Shown here piece by piece: positions 13,791 through 25,570 of a DNA stretch of 64,000 nucleotides (position 1 is its first letter; each line of letters starts with the position of its first letter). Origin of the DNA: the human T2T-CHM13v2.0 reference genome, Homo sapiens; assembly GCF_009914755.1 (NCBI RefSeq), contig NC_060933.1; one strand, written 5' to 3'. A program made the translations under genes and the position numbers. The notes under the pieces are model-generated. The model ran no database searches. It was given only the letters and a program-made list of their open reading frames with translations, and was not told where the DNA came from.

Positions 13791-14757
13791 TGAGGACTGC
13801 CCTACTCTGCCTCCATTTGGAAAAATACATGTGGGGAGCATTTGGCCGGCTTTGGAAGTGGCATTCTCAATTTTCCCCAGAGAGTGGGGTGAAAGGAGAT
13901 GCTTTTCCAAGTAACTGAACTGGCCTCTGGGAGCTCTCATAATCCTACAGCAGAGGCAAGAGCTGACCCATGACACACATATCATAGAAGGAGAAGGGAA
14001 GGATCAGTGAAGAATTTGTTTGGAAATGTTATCTAATACTGAGTGCTTTCAGGCGACTTGGTATGTGGAGCCCCTGCTGTCCCCTTGCGGGGGTACCAGG
14101 GAAGCCGCATCCTCCCTGTATCTTGGCCACATCCACTCAGTTGGAGACCCGGGGTACCATCCAGTGCAGCAGCCCCTGGGTGATGCGTCCGTTCCCGTGC
14201 TGGGTGCCTCTGCTCTCCTCGCCAGCTGGAGGGTGTGAGCAGAGGCAGCCCAGCTCCTGTAACTCTCCGAGCAGGGGCTCCCAGCGCCTCAGCACAGCGC
14301 TTGCCTTTGCCTCACATTGTCCCGGCCTGGGGGCATAGGAATCCAAAGCTTCAAAGTGACTACCCAAGTCCTTGGGCCACCCCTGCCTTCTGCAGCTCTT
14401 CAGTACGCTGCCCTCTAAGCACACACCTACACACACGCACACTCCCAGCTGCTCTGCCGTGCCGGGAGCTGCCGGCCGGCACCCCAAAGGCTCTTTGTCC
14501 AAAAGAGGAGAGTGAGGCTTAATCATGAAGTCCTCGAGATGCCAGCCCATGATCATGTGCCCCCAAACACCACCAAATGTCCACAGGTTCTGCCCCGGAC
14601 ATGCCTCGTTTGGCTCCAAGCGATAGCAGGGAGTGACCCTCTGAGATCCAGCAGCACACACCCCCAGCTGGAGGGTCAGGGTTCTGGAAGCCCTAGCCAC
14701 GGGGCCAGCGGCTGCCTCTCGCCCCTGCCTCTCATGGCCGCAGAGCTGGCCCCTTAC

Positions 14758-15082
14758 CTCTTCCCTCCTGCTTGGCTCCGGGGCGGCTCCTCACATGCTT
14801 CACCCTGGCCGTCAGCGGGGCAGCCTGTCCATGGCCTCTGGAGGGGTTCCTGAGTTGCAGGCCGGTGGCTGCCAAGCAGCCCTGCCTCACTGGGCTCCAC
14901 TGGCTCTGCCTCCACAGAGGGCTCCGGCAGAGGCTGGGGCCAGGGCTGGCCAGGGGTCCTGCGGGGCTGCTCACAACCTTCTTTCCCTCACAGTAGCGTC
15001 AGCCGCTGCCTCAGTGCCACGCTCGGCAGGTCCAGGGCTTGGGGTCCATCCTCAGGCCGTCCGCAGCAGCCTCATTTGAACT
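14758..15082 (-). other. ANGPTL2: ANGPTL2 exon 1 (non-coding 5'UTR); the TSS position is approximate
   Basis: GC-rich, repeat-free segment ending at a consensus donor at 14757. The 5' end is estimated from a TATA-like TGTAAA (15108-15103, minus) and the recalled mRNA start. Longer 5' ends are possible. Confidence 0.8.
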
Positions 15083-15900
15083 CCCAACTCCTTTGTGGAG
15101 CCTTTACATGCCGCCAGAGGAAACTGTGAGCACAGCCTGACCCTGGTTGGCTGCAGGCGCTTCTCTCCACCCACCAGTGCAAGAGGATCCCCCAGGCCCC
15201 AGAAAGGCTCCGGGCCTCCCCTCAGCCCCAGACAGAGGCGGGCCGCCCGGTGATGTCACACGAGCTCCAGCCCCAGCTGGCCTGGCCCCTCCCGCCCAGC
15301 CCGCTTTGGCGGCCTCGGCAGGCCCCCTCCTTCCTTGGCACGGGCAGCCTGGCCAGCTCTGCTCCCTGGCCCGCCCTCTCCCCAAAGCTCAGGCAGCTCC
15401 CGCGTGCTGCGAGGCGGAGCGCTTCCCCTTTGACTCAGGGAATGGGTTTAGATCCGCTCCAGCTGTGCGTGCAGCCGCGTGCGAGCAGCAGGCAGCGGGT
15501 CCTCCCCCTGGATGCCTCGTTGGGCACTGCCCCACTGAGCCCCAGGCTGGCGGGCGGGGCAGCTCAGCCCAGAGCGCCTCTCCCCATCAGCCGCCCTTCG
15601 TGGAGGCCTCATTCTCATCTCTAAACCCTGGGGAAAGGAGTCCAAGGCTGTCCACACAGAAGCTGTGGCATCGGAGCTGCTCGAAGTTAGCAGGAGGCAG
15701 TGGCTTAGGACAGTGGAAATACCACAGGCTGAGGGTGGAGGCAGCCCTGGAGGAAAGCTCTGTGACTTCACACCTGAGTGGCTTTGATTAATTCACTTCA
15801 CCTCTCTGGGCATCCCTTCCATGCATCGGTAAATGAGCTAATTAATACTAGTAATCTACCTGCAACAGCTGCAGCGAGGACTCTGTGAGGTCACGTGGGA
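15083..15900 (-). promoter_or_regulatory. ANGPTL2: ANGPTL2 promoter / CpG-enriched region
   Basis: GC and CpG content is locally elevated. Motifs seen: TATA-like TGTAAA (15103-15108), ATF/CRE-like TGATGTCA (15251-15258), GC boxes (CCGCCC near 15291 and 15371, GGGCGGGG near 15552), AP-1 TGACTCA (15431-15437), non-canonical E-boxes CACGCG (15401-15406 and 15476-15481, minus) and canonical CACGTG (15892-15897). Confidence 0.75.
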
Positions 15901-16495
15901 AGGAGCTTGGCACAGTGTCAAGGACGCCTCCTTGAACTGAGCTTAGGACTCTGGAGATGGGTGGATCAAGGGTCTCCTGCTCCCAGAACCTCTGCTTTGT
16001 GATCCTCTTTAGCCTGTGTTTTCATCAAAATGTGACCTCCTATTGGGCTCTTCTAGGAACAAACACTGGAACTGCATCAGAGTCCTCAGCATGGAGCCAG
16101 CCGCATAGGTGGAGCTCTGTGAATGTTGATAGAATCAGAGTAAGAAAGGAGAGGATGGCACTGGACCCCATGATGCAAGCATCCTCCAGACACGTCAGCA
16201 CTGGCAGCCTGGGAGAAGGTACAGTCAGTGCAGGAGGACAGGCCTGCTGCCGGGCACCCTGCGGGGATACAGAGAGTAGGAGGATGGCAGGCACCAGGAA
16301 GGGAGCCCCAGGGTACAAGTTTGCCCCTCTGCTTGGACAAGAACATGTGAAATATTGGTGGTATCTTTGCTTTTTTAAAAAGGTGTTAGTGATGATGGTG
16401 GTGATGATGTTTGGGAACAAATTGGGAGAAAAACTTTAATGGGACTCTCCCTGCCCCTAGGCATCCTCCCTACTACCAGGCACCCGTCCCAACCC

Positions 16496-17063
16496 TGTGG
16501 CAGATTCCTCTTTCAGAGATGGCCCAAGCAATCTCTCCCAGTCCCCAAGGAGACCCTGACACTTCACCCATGGAGCGGTGAGGTCCCTGCTCCTCGCCTT
16601 GAACCCGAGAGGGTTTGTGACTTGCTTGTGACCAGAGGAATGTGGTGGAAGTGGCACCACCTGACTTCTGAGGCTGGGAGAGGAAAGGCAGCGCAGTCTC
16701 TACCCTGTTCACCAGGGCACTCTCTTTTGAAGCCCCGAGCTAAGCTGGAGCCTAAGAAGTCCAGCTAGAGGCCACACACAGTGTAGGTCCCAGCTGACAG
16801 GAGCATCAGCCGCAGACACGTGAGCAAGGAAAGATGCCTGTAGATGATCCCAGCCCTTAGCCACAGAGTCACCCCAGATGCTGCATCACTGTCAGCTGTA
16901 GAGTCTTCCTGTTGAGGCCCCACACACTGGGGAGCAGAGAGAGCCATTCTACTGTTTCATCTCCAAATTCCTGACCCACAGGCCCCACGCGTATAATAAG
17001 ATGGTGGTTTTAGGCCGCTAAATTTTGGTGGTAATTTGTTACACAGCATTAGTAACTGGGATA
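16496..17063 (+). mobile_element. MLT1-family (ERVL-MaLR) solo LTR
   Basis: Starts tgtggcaga, contains gaatgtggtggaagtg...gacttctgaggctggg, and ends ttttaggccgctaaattttggtggtaatttgttacacagcattagtaactgggata, the characteristic MLT1 3' end. Confidence 0.8.
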
Positions 17064-17489
17064 GACTCGGGCAAGAGCAGTTGGAGGGAGCCCTTTAGAG
17101 GAGCTGAGAGAAGTACATTGTGGCTGAGGAGAGAAGATGGGGTCTTGTTAGAGAGGTGGAACTTTATTCCAAAGACAGTAAGGAGCCACTGAAAGGTTTT
17201 GGGCAAGACAGTGTTGAGACTTGGTTTTATTTTTTAAAGGCTACATTAGTTATTGAGTGGAGACTGGATTAATGTGAGCTACAGACAAAGTGTCCTAGGA
17301 CTTTCCCACCCTCTGGTAACAGGTCCAGCACAAGCCCCTTGGTTACTGAAAGAAAGTTGTTTTCACTATTCAAAGTTCTTAGGATCCCCTCAGTGGAGAA
17401 GGAGCACCAGGGTGTCTTGCCCCATCCGTCTTTGCACACCTCCCGCCCCACTGGTGGCATTGGGCAGTCAAAATTGGTGGCATTGGGCA

Positions 17490-18030
17490 CTGGGGAGCTC
17501 AGGAGTCAGATTCTAGTTCTACCATTTGGTTGCTCTGACCCTCACTTTCCTCATCTGTAAAATGGGGATGATATGAGGATCTCCCTCACAGGGCTGTGGG
17601 CTGTTGAGAAAATGAAATAAGATGTGATACATTAAGTGTAACACACACTGCCTAGTACAAGGCTCAACAAAAAGCTCTTGTAGTTTCTGTTGCTTCCTTC
17701 GTTGGGCTGTGAGTCCCCTGAGGCAGGGGTGTGTGCGGGCCATGTAGCGCCCTCCTTTCGTGTAGCCCAGTACAGAGGAGTGAATAAACGAACTGCTGGC
17801 TGGAGGAGGATGAAGAGCCATGGCTCAAAGTCTAAGGGACCTGTGCTCAAATCCCAGCTCTCTCACTAATCTCGGGCAACTTTCTTATTCTCTCCGAAGC
17901 TCTGTTTCCTCACTTGTAAAAAGGGGATGCTACTACTCCCAGGGTTACTGTGAGGATTGAGTAAGATGATGGGGCTGAAGCATTCGGCCCTGCGCCCGGC
18001 TGCAGCATTTAGCGGTTGCTCAGGAAATTG
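17490..18030 (+). mobile_element. MIR fragments (two)
   Basis: ctcactttcctcatctgtaaaatgggg and tctgtttcctcacttgtaaaaagggg cores. Confidence 0.65.
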
Positions 18031-18619
18031 CTGCTGTTGCTTCTGCTCCTGCCCTCAGACTTCTCCCCACTCCCACCCTGATCCTCTCCAGCATGCTTCT
18101 AACTTGGTGACTCCTGGATCTCCGTGTCCCCCTGACCTCCTTGAGCACCGTTCCCACATTTCCACTTGTCTGTCAGACAGAAGCATCATGTGACTAAAGC
18201 ATTTGAGGAGAAGGGAATCTTCCTTTCCTTTTTATAGTTTTTATCATTTAATGTGTGACTTTTTAAAATTTTATCAGTAAATGCGTGACATTTACATGGT
18301 GGTAGAATACAAAGATTCTTCATGTAAATGACACAATTCGTAAGAATGATTTCGTGTCTTACCACCTTCCTGACAGTTGCAGGTTTTTTTCTGTTGGAAA
18401 CAGCGGGATGGTCCACTGGGAGACTGCGTATATATGAGGAGCGGTGGGTCAGGGGATGCAGGTATACTGTGTTCTTAGAGGGGTGTACTTGGGAGGGGGC
18501 AGTTTTGCTGTATCTTGCATTCTCAGAGTGCCACCATTATTTGAAGCTTCACACATCCCAAACTGACTCTTTCCCATACCCCACCCCACCCCTACCCCCA
18601 ACTCCCTGCTACCTTCAGT

Positions 18620-19830
18620 ACTTTTTAAATGTCTTTCTGTTGTCTTCTGACCAACATTGTTTCTGTTGAGAAGTCAACTGCCTTCCTTATTGTTGTTCCT
18701 GTATACATAATGGATCTTCTGTTTTCTGGCTTCTTTTAAGATTTTCTCTTTATCTTTGATTTTTTAGCAGTTTGACCATGATGTGACTAAGTGTGGTTTT
18801 CTTTGCCTTTATTCCATGTGGGTTTACTGAGCTTCTTGGACCTATATGTTTTTACTAAATTTGGGGATATGGGGAGAATTTTTAGCCATTATTTCTTAAT
18901 TTTTTATGCTCAATTATCTCTCCCCTCTCCTTCTAGAACCCCATTTACACACTTGTTCTTCCACAGGTCACTGAAGCTTTATTTGTTTATCTTTTCTTGT
19001 CTCATGCTTCAGTTTGGATCACTTCTCCTTCCTGTCTTCACATTTGCTAACCTTTTGTCTACAGCATTTAATCGGCTGTTAATTTCGTCTAAAGTATTTT
19101 ATGTCAGATACTACAATGTTTGGTTCTAGAATTTTCACTTGGTTTATTTTTATAATTCCCATTTCTGGGATTCCATATCCACTGATTCATTCTATCTTTC
19201 ATGTTCTCAAAATCCTGTGCATGTTTATAATAGCCATTTAAAAATCCTTGCCTACTAATTCCAACATCTGGCTCATTAGTGAGTTTGATTTTACTGCTTT
19301 TTTTTCTTGATTATGGGTCATATTGTCCTGCTTCTTCACATGTCTATAATTTTTTATTGTATACTGGACATTGTGGATGATACATGAAAGACATTCTGTA
19401 TTTTCTTGTCTTCCTCTAAAGAATGTTGGGTTGTGTTCTAGCAGGCAGTTAAATTACTTTGCCTTCTGTTGTGCTCCTTGGAGTCTCTCTACTTGTATAC
19501 AGTTTAGGAGTTAGCTAAGGATTTGAAGGGAATTGGTGTAGTAATTTTGGGGCTTTCTCTTCTGTAGTTGTGTCTTTTCTGGCATTTCCCCACTAACTTT
19601 CCACCCTCAAAGTCCAACCTCTTTCCCATCTTCCCAGACAGTAGACTGCTGCTTTCTGTTTCAGATTCATTCTTCTGTGTGTCACCGTGAACTGGGAAAT
19701 GCTCTAGTATGCTTTCCTTCTCCACTGATTTCAAGCAGGTCTTTTTAAATTTTTTTAATATTTTTGGTCCAGAGTTTGTAATTGTTATTGACCAGAGTAG
19801 TTGTTCAAAACAGTCCACTCCTCCATTTCA
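18620..19830 (-). mobile_element. Ancient L1M LINE fragment; boundaries approximate
   Basis: T-rich antisense L1M-like text (ttttaagattttctctttatctttgattttttagcagtttgaccatgatgtg..., cttgcctactaattccaacatctgg). Confidence 0.65.
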
Positions 19831-20321
19831 GGAACTGGAACTCCATATCCCAATGAATTTGTTTTCTCACCCAAACCTTCTGTACCCGTTCTGCTGTTGG
19901 TGCTCTGCCATGAGCCTAGTTGGTTGGTTGTCCTTCATCCAGTTGTCTGTCCTCCCTGCTTCTGATCATAGTCTGTTGGGAAATGTCAACCCCAAGATCC
20001 CAGGTTGGTACATCTCAGTGTACCACCTGAGCACTAGAAGGTGAAAGAGATGTACTGTCCTCACAAGCCCTGTTGGAGCACCTTATGTAGCTACTTGTGA
20101 TGTGCTAGACATTGAGCTCAACATTTATAGGTATCACTTCATTTTAAAACCATATGAGTGAAATATTACTATTCTATTTTACTAACAAAAAGATTGAGAC
20201 TTAGCAAAGTGAGGTTCCTTGTACCAGGCCACACAGCTAGGAAATAATGGGACTGGGAATAAAATCTGCATCAAAGCTAGGAGGAACACGATTGTCCTGA
20301 AAAAAAAAAAAATTTTGCTTG

Positions 20322-20740
20322 TTTTTATTGTTATTATACTTTAAGTTCTGGGGTATATGTGCACAACGTGCAGGTTTTTTACATAGGTATACATGTGCTG
20401 TGTTGGTTTGCTGCACCTGTCAACTCGTCATTTACATTAGGTATTTCTCCTAATGCTATCCCTCCCCCAGCCCCCCACCCCCCTCTCTGTGTCCATGTGT
20501 TCTCATTGTTCAGCTCCCACTTATGAATGAGAACATGTGGTGTTTGGTTTTCTCTTCTTGTGTTACTTTGTTGAGAATGATGGTTTTCAGTTTCATCCAT
20601 GTCCCTGCAAAGGACATGAACTCATCCTTTTTATGGCTGCATAGTATTCCATGGTGTATATGTGCCACATTTTCTTTATCTAGTCTATCATTGATGGGCA
20701 TTTGGATTGCATCTAAGACTTTGCTATTGTGAACAGTGCT
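20322..20740 (-). mobile_element. L1PA-type LINE 3' end (~420 bp, 5'-truncated)
   Basis: ttattatactttaagttctggggtatatgtgcacaacgtgcaggttt is the antisense L1PA 3' terminus. Minus-strand ORFs 20379-20701 give ORF2 C-terminal-like text (DEFMSFAGTWMKLKTIIL). Confidence 0.93.
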
Positions 20741-22559
20741 AAAAGTTGCTCTTGTTTAATACCAGCATGCTGCTTCTTGTTTTAAGGTCTCTGACCAATC
20801 AAGATGCTTCTCACCATCAGTGGTGTGTCATAGTCTAATTGGCAGCACTTTTTCTTTCCTAGTAGAATGTGATGCTTTTTACAGTTGATGACTTGTCAGA
20901 TTCAAGGAAGTGTGGCAGTTTTAGTCATCAAGGCCCCAGTGAGGTTGGCCTGTGGCTGAGGAGCCAAAAGGCAGAGCCCCTCCTCTCCTGGTCAGCTGGC
21001 CTTGGAAAGGTCTTGGGGAGTGTCCAAGCATCAAGAAGCCTGTGGAACTGCCAGAAGCCTCCATCAGTCCAGATTTAATAAAACAGCTGCCACTAGACTG
21101 AGTGTGAGCCAGCTGGTCCCCTCCTCTCTTGAAGGCGCGTGGTCAGGTCCTGTGACTCTCCGCACCATGCCGGGTGGGGGAACCACATGTTCCCTGGCTC
21201 TGGTGAGGAGAAGTTAGGAGACTTGGACTTGTGGGACGATTCTAAGGTGGTGCTACTGTCCAGTGTCACAAAGGATATCCAGGCACCGTGCAAAGCCCTT
21301 TGAGGACACTGTGACTGTTAAATGCTGGCCAAACAAGTATATCCAAAAGTCATAACAGGATGCATGCTTGGGTACAAAGCAGCTTTGAGAGCCTGTTGTT
21401 AGCTCACGTGTGACTTCTCAACTCACTTGCCAGGGGACCGTGAGGACAACACCTCTCCTCAAGTGTGGGTGTCACCTAACAGCCAACAAATATTCGTTTT
21501 AAGCTCCATCTGAGCACCAGAGTTGGGCTCTAGGTCAATTTGCCCAAAGACAATTTGCTGAGAATTTTAGCTGACTGGTTTTCATTTTGTTTCGTAACAG
21601 TATTTTAAGGCGTGTCCAGCTCTCTCATACCATAGCTGGTGCATGGCCCCATCCCCAAGAGAGGAGACTGAGGACTGGCAAGAGTAGAGATTTAATTTTC
21701 ATTTGCTGGTTTGCTTTGTTTCTTCATAGCGAAAAATTCATAGACACTTTCCAAAGCTGTTTAAAATAATTCCCATCCAATATAAATTTTTTAAAAATAT
21801 TGTCACTTCTGGAACATTGTCTGTGCCAGACAGGACCTATATCCCAAACAGGAGACAAGGTACTGAGGACAGCTTTATAGTCAGTGGGGGGGGATTCCAA
21901 CCCCCTTACACAGGTACCTGCTGAAATTCCCATTCCAAAGACCAGCCAAGCTGTTGCTGACCTTGTTTATCTTTCCTGGGACCCAAGGAGGCAGCTGATT
22001 AGATAAACGAGGGCTTCTGGCAAAAGACTGATAGAGTGAGCCTCTCAGGAATGAGAGCAGGGTGGTGTCACCCCAGATGGAGGTGCTGGTGCTGGACAAC
22101 AGGGGCTGCTGGCAGCGACCTTTCTGACTAGTAGGTCTGATGTTGGGGGTTTCAGGGGCACCCACATAGGCCCTGCAGGGAGTAAAGGCAGCCAGTGCAG
22201 GAGGCTTGCTTCAGTCCTGCCAGCCTCCAGACTACCCCACCGCCTTCTCTCTTCCCTCCCTGGGCTGGGCTGGGTAATCCTGGCTCAGAGGCCTGCAACC
22301 CTGGAGGGCAGGGATCTGTTTTTCCTGTCTGCTCAATATTCTTCATCTGCTCCCAGGATCTGCTCTTTGGCACCCTGCCCTGTGCCCAGATGCTGGCTGA
22401 CCTGTGGGGATTGCCTCTATGGGCTCTCTTACCTTCTGGATTTGGGTTAGGGCTGGCCTGTGGCAGGTGCCCACAGGAAGTGAGAAGATAGGAAGCGAGT
22501 GAGGACACGTGTGTCACCAGCTCCCTCCCTGTTGGACCATAGGTGACTTGGTCGAGTCG

Positions 22560-22790
22560 ATAGGAGTCAGCTAGGCTTGGGTTTGAATTCCACCTCCACC
22601 CCTTATTAGCCCTGTAACTTATGAAATTTACCTATCCTCCCTGAGTCTCAGTTTCCTCATTTAAGAACTGGAGATAGTAATATCACCTTCCCAAGATGGC
22701 CGGGAGTAAAAAGTGAGACATTGTGAGTACAGATGTCCTAGTGCAATATTGGAGACATAGCAGGTGCTCAGTAAATGCTGGCTTTCTTCA
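22560..22790 (+). mobile_element. MIR SINE
   Basis: gggtttgaattccacctccacc...gagtctcagtttcctcatttaag...gcaggtgctcagtaaatg. Confidence 0.65.
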
Positions 22791-24302
22791 TTTAGTAATT
22801 TGGAGCCTTGTTATCTTGGGTTTCTAATACACTTGGGTCCTCTGAAGGTCATCAGTCATTTTGTATCTCTCCGGACAGCTTTCCTTTAAGTTGTCCCTTT
22901 TTGGTTTGCACATCTGTCACTGTCCCCAGAACCACTGCCATAGAGCCTGACTACTAATAGTCCTTTAGTCAAAGAAGTATTTCTCTGCCTTTTCCTTTGC
23001 CTGCAGCCTGTATATGAAGTCTGCTTAACCAAAGAAAAGAATCCTTTTAACATAGTGGAAAGCAAGCTTATGGAAAGACAGTGCATGTATTGACATCCAA
23101 AAATAATTCATAATATTCACTGAGCACTTATTGATCCTTGCAACAACCTTATGAGCTACGGTAGATTCTTTTATTATTCCCCAGTTTTCAGATGAAGAAA
23201 CTGAGGCTCAAGTTAATGGACTTGTCCAGGGTCACACAATGGGCCAGTGTTGACCTTTGGCCAGTCTGGCACCCAGAAGCCTGCCCTTTCAACCTCTTCG
23301 TTATCTGCCTATGTGATGGAGAAGGCTCAGCTCTCCAGGCCCTGGGGACCATGTCATTTTAGACAATTGAATTGGCTAGAAAGCTACAGGGTTATCTCTT
23401 TCAACATACAGTGTTTTAAAATTTGTATTTATTCTTGTTATGTTTCTGCACAGACCCACACATGCATATGTGCACTCGCCTCCATAAACTTGGCTAATTA
23501 CACTATTGGCCGCTCCTTGGTGACTCAGTCGTCTTGAATAGACTAGCTTGACTGTGGGCTGTGGGGGTGGAGGGCAATGTTGACAGGAGCCCTGTAAGCC
23601 CCAGGCAGCCGTGTTTGTTGGTACTTTCCTAGCAGCCTCTCATCCCTCTCCTGATTTGTTGCTTCTCACCCAGCTGAGATTCCAGAAAGCTGACAAGAGT
23701 TATTTGTAAATAAAAATAACTGGTCACTAAACTAGTCTAAAGGGCTCTCCTGTGAGTAAAGTAACTGAGACTCACTGCCTGGACTTGATTACATCAATAT
23801 TGGGTACTCACAGGCCTTTGAAGCTTGCAAGACCTCTGTTCTTATGTAACAGCCAACAGCCGCCATCTGTTACACACTCACCACATGCCTGGCACTGGGG
23901 AGGCCTCCTGTGTGGATTACGTCATTGAGTTCTCAAAAACGGAGCCTCTCAGGAGAAGTTCTCTTTGTCCGTCTTCCATTTTAACTGATGAGGTAGCTCA
24001 GGCTCAGAGTGGTGAGGGAGTCTACATCTACGCAGCCAGTAAGCAGCGAAGTCAGGATTAGACATGGGCCTGTTTGACCCGGAGTCCACACTCTTAACAG
24101 ACTTCAGTCTCTACAGCTTCCCAGCAGTGTGAGGTTGGGCAACTTAGGGAGGCTCCTGACCCTCGTGTCTTCATCTGTAGGATCATCCTGTTTATGTCCA
24201 GAACTATTGTGAAGGTTCCTGGAGGTGTGTGCTTGAGATATGCATAGCAGGCACCCAGTCAGTGGTGGGTCCTTGTGCTCACCACTTCAGCCCATCCTAG
24301 GT

Positions 24303-24465
24303 CAGTGGTTCTCGAGCTTTTGCGCTTCAAGATCAACTGAGGGCTTGTTAAAAGTTTGCTGGGCCCCACCCCCAGTTTCTGATTCAGTAAATCTGGGGCC
24401 TGGGAATTTGCATTTCTAACAAGTTCACATGAGGCCCTTGCTGTGGGAACCACTCCTCGAGATAG
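24303..24465. mobile_element. MER5A-like hAT-Charlie DNA transposon
   Basis: cagtggttctc...gggcttgttaaaa...ctgggccccacccccagtttctgattcagtaaatctggggcctgggaatttgcatttctaacaagttc. Confidence 0.85.
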
Positions 24466-25079
24466 AGGAGTTTGCCATGAAGGAGAGTCAGGACTGGGCT
24501 GGCAGTGACCATAACCTGCATCTGAGAGCTGTTTGGTGAGTGCAGATGCTGGTTACGTATCATGCAGGAAAAATGCGGTTTGGCTTTTTTCAGGCATTTC
24601 CTGGGAGCTGGCTGTCTTGCCCTTTCACTCTTCTGAGTGTCATTGACCCTGGGAAAATGTAGCATTTAAGCCACATTGTGATGTCTGAATGTGAAACAAA
24701 CTTCATTCGACTGATTTCATTAACACGTCCCTGATTTCCAATTGCTTTCCTGATACAGAAAAGGAAATAAAGGGTACGTTAAAAAAAGGTTCCTATAAAT
24801 CGTCTTGCAGAAATTACTTCTGTGAATTATCTACCACCACCACAACAAAACACCTGAAGCATGGCTCAGACTAGGTATACTTCTGCTTCGCCTTGGAATT
24901 TTAGGTTCATTGACACGATGGTGTGATCAGTGTTCTTCCCTCCCCAGCACGCTGTAAGGGTGGAGCAGCCACCTCATTGCCTTTGGGTCTCCAGTGCCCA
25001 GCACAGTGCTTGACACACACCAGGGGGTGCTCAGTCAGCATTGCTGTCACACAAATGAGTGAAGGGTGCAGCACCGGGT

Positions 25080-25570
25080 ACTAGAGTCAGAGGGACCTGG
25101 GTTTGAACCCTGGGCCTGCCCTTCCCAGCTGAATGGCCCTGAGCAAGTAACTTAACATGGGCCTCATTTCTCCTTTTCTAAATTGGGGATTATAAAAATA
25201 ATACCCATATTTCATAAGGTTGCCATGAGAATTAAATGACATAAAATATCCAAAGTGCCTGCCATATAGTAAGTACCTAATTTTTTCTTCATAATCATCA
25301 TCAACATCTTCATCCTCATCCTCACCCTGCCAGGAAGGCCAGTGTACTGGTATAGACTGTGGGCTCTGGAACCAGACTTTTAGGTCCAAATCCCAGCCCC
25401 ACTGCATGCTAGCTGTGTGCCCTTATTCATGTCACTTCTCTATGCTTCAGTGTCCTCATCTGCAAAGCAGGGATGAAAAAGCACCTACTTCATAGAGTTC
25501 TCGTGACCATTGAGGACATGTACATGTTAGGTGCATGACTGCATGGCTGGCACATGGTAAGCGTTAACTC
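25080..25570 (+). mobile_element. Two tandem MIRs
   Basis: gagtcagagggacctgggtttgaacc...ctgagcaagtaacttaac and ggctctggaaccagac...cttcagtgtcctcatctgcaaa. Confidence 0.65.

Noticed and set aside
14137-15791. Long ORFs (187 and 214 aa, among others) around the ANGPTL2 promoter
   Set aside because: Stop-poor GC-rich DNA. The translations are low-complexity Pro/Ala/Gly and several begin at non-ATG codons.
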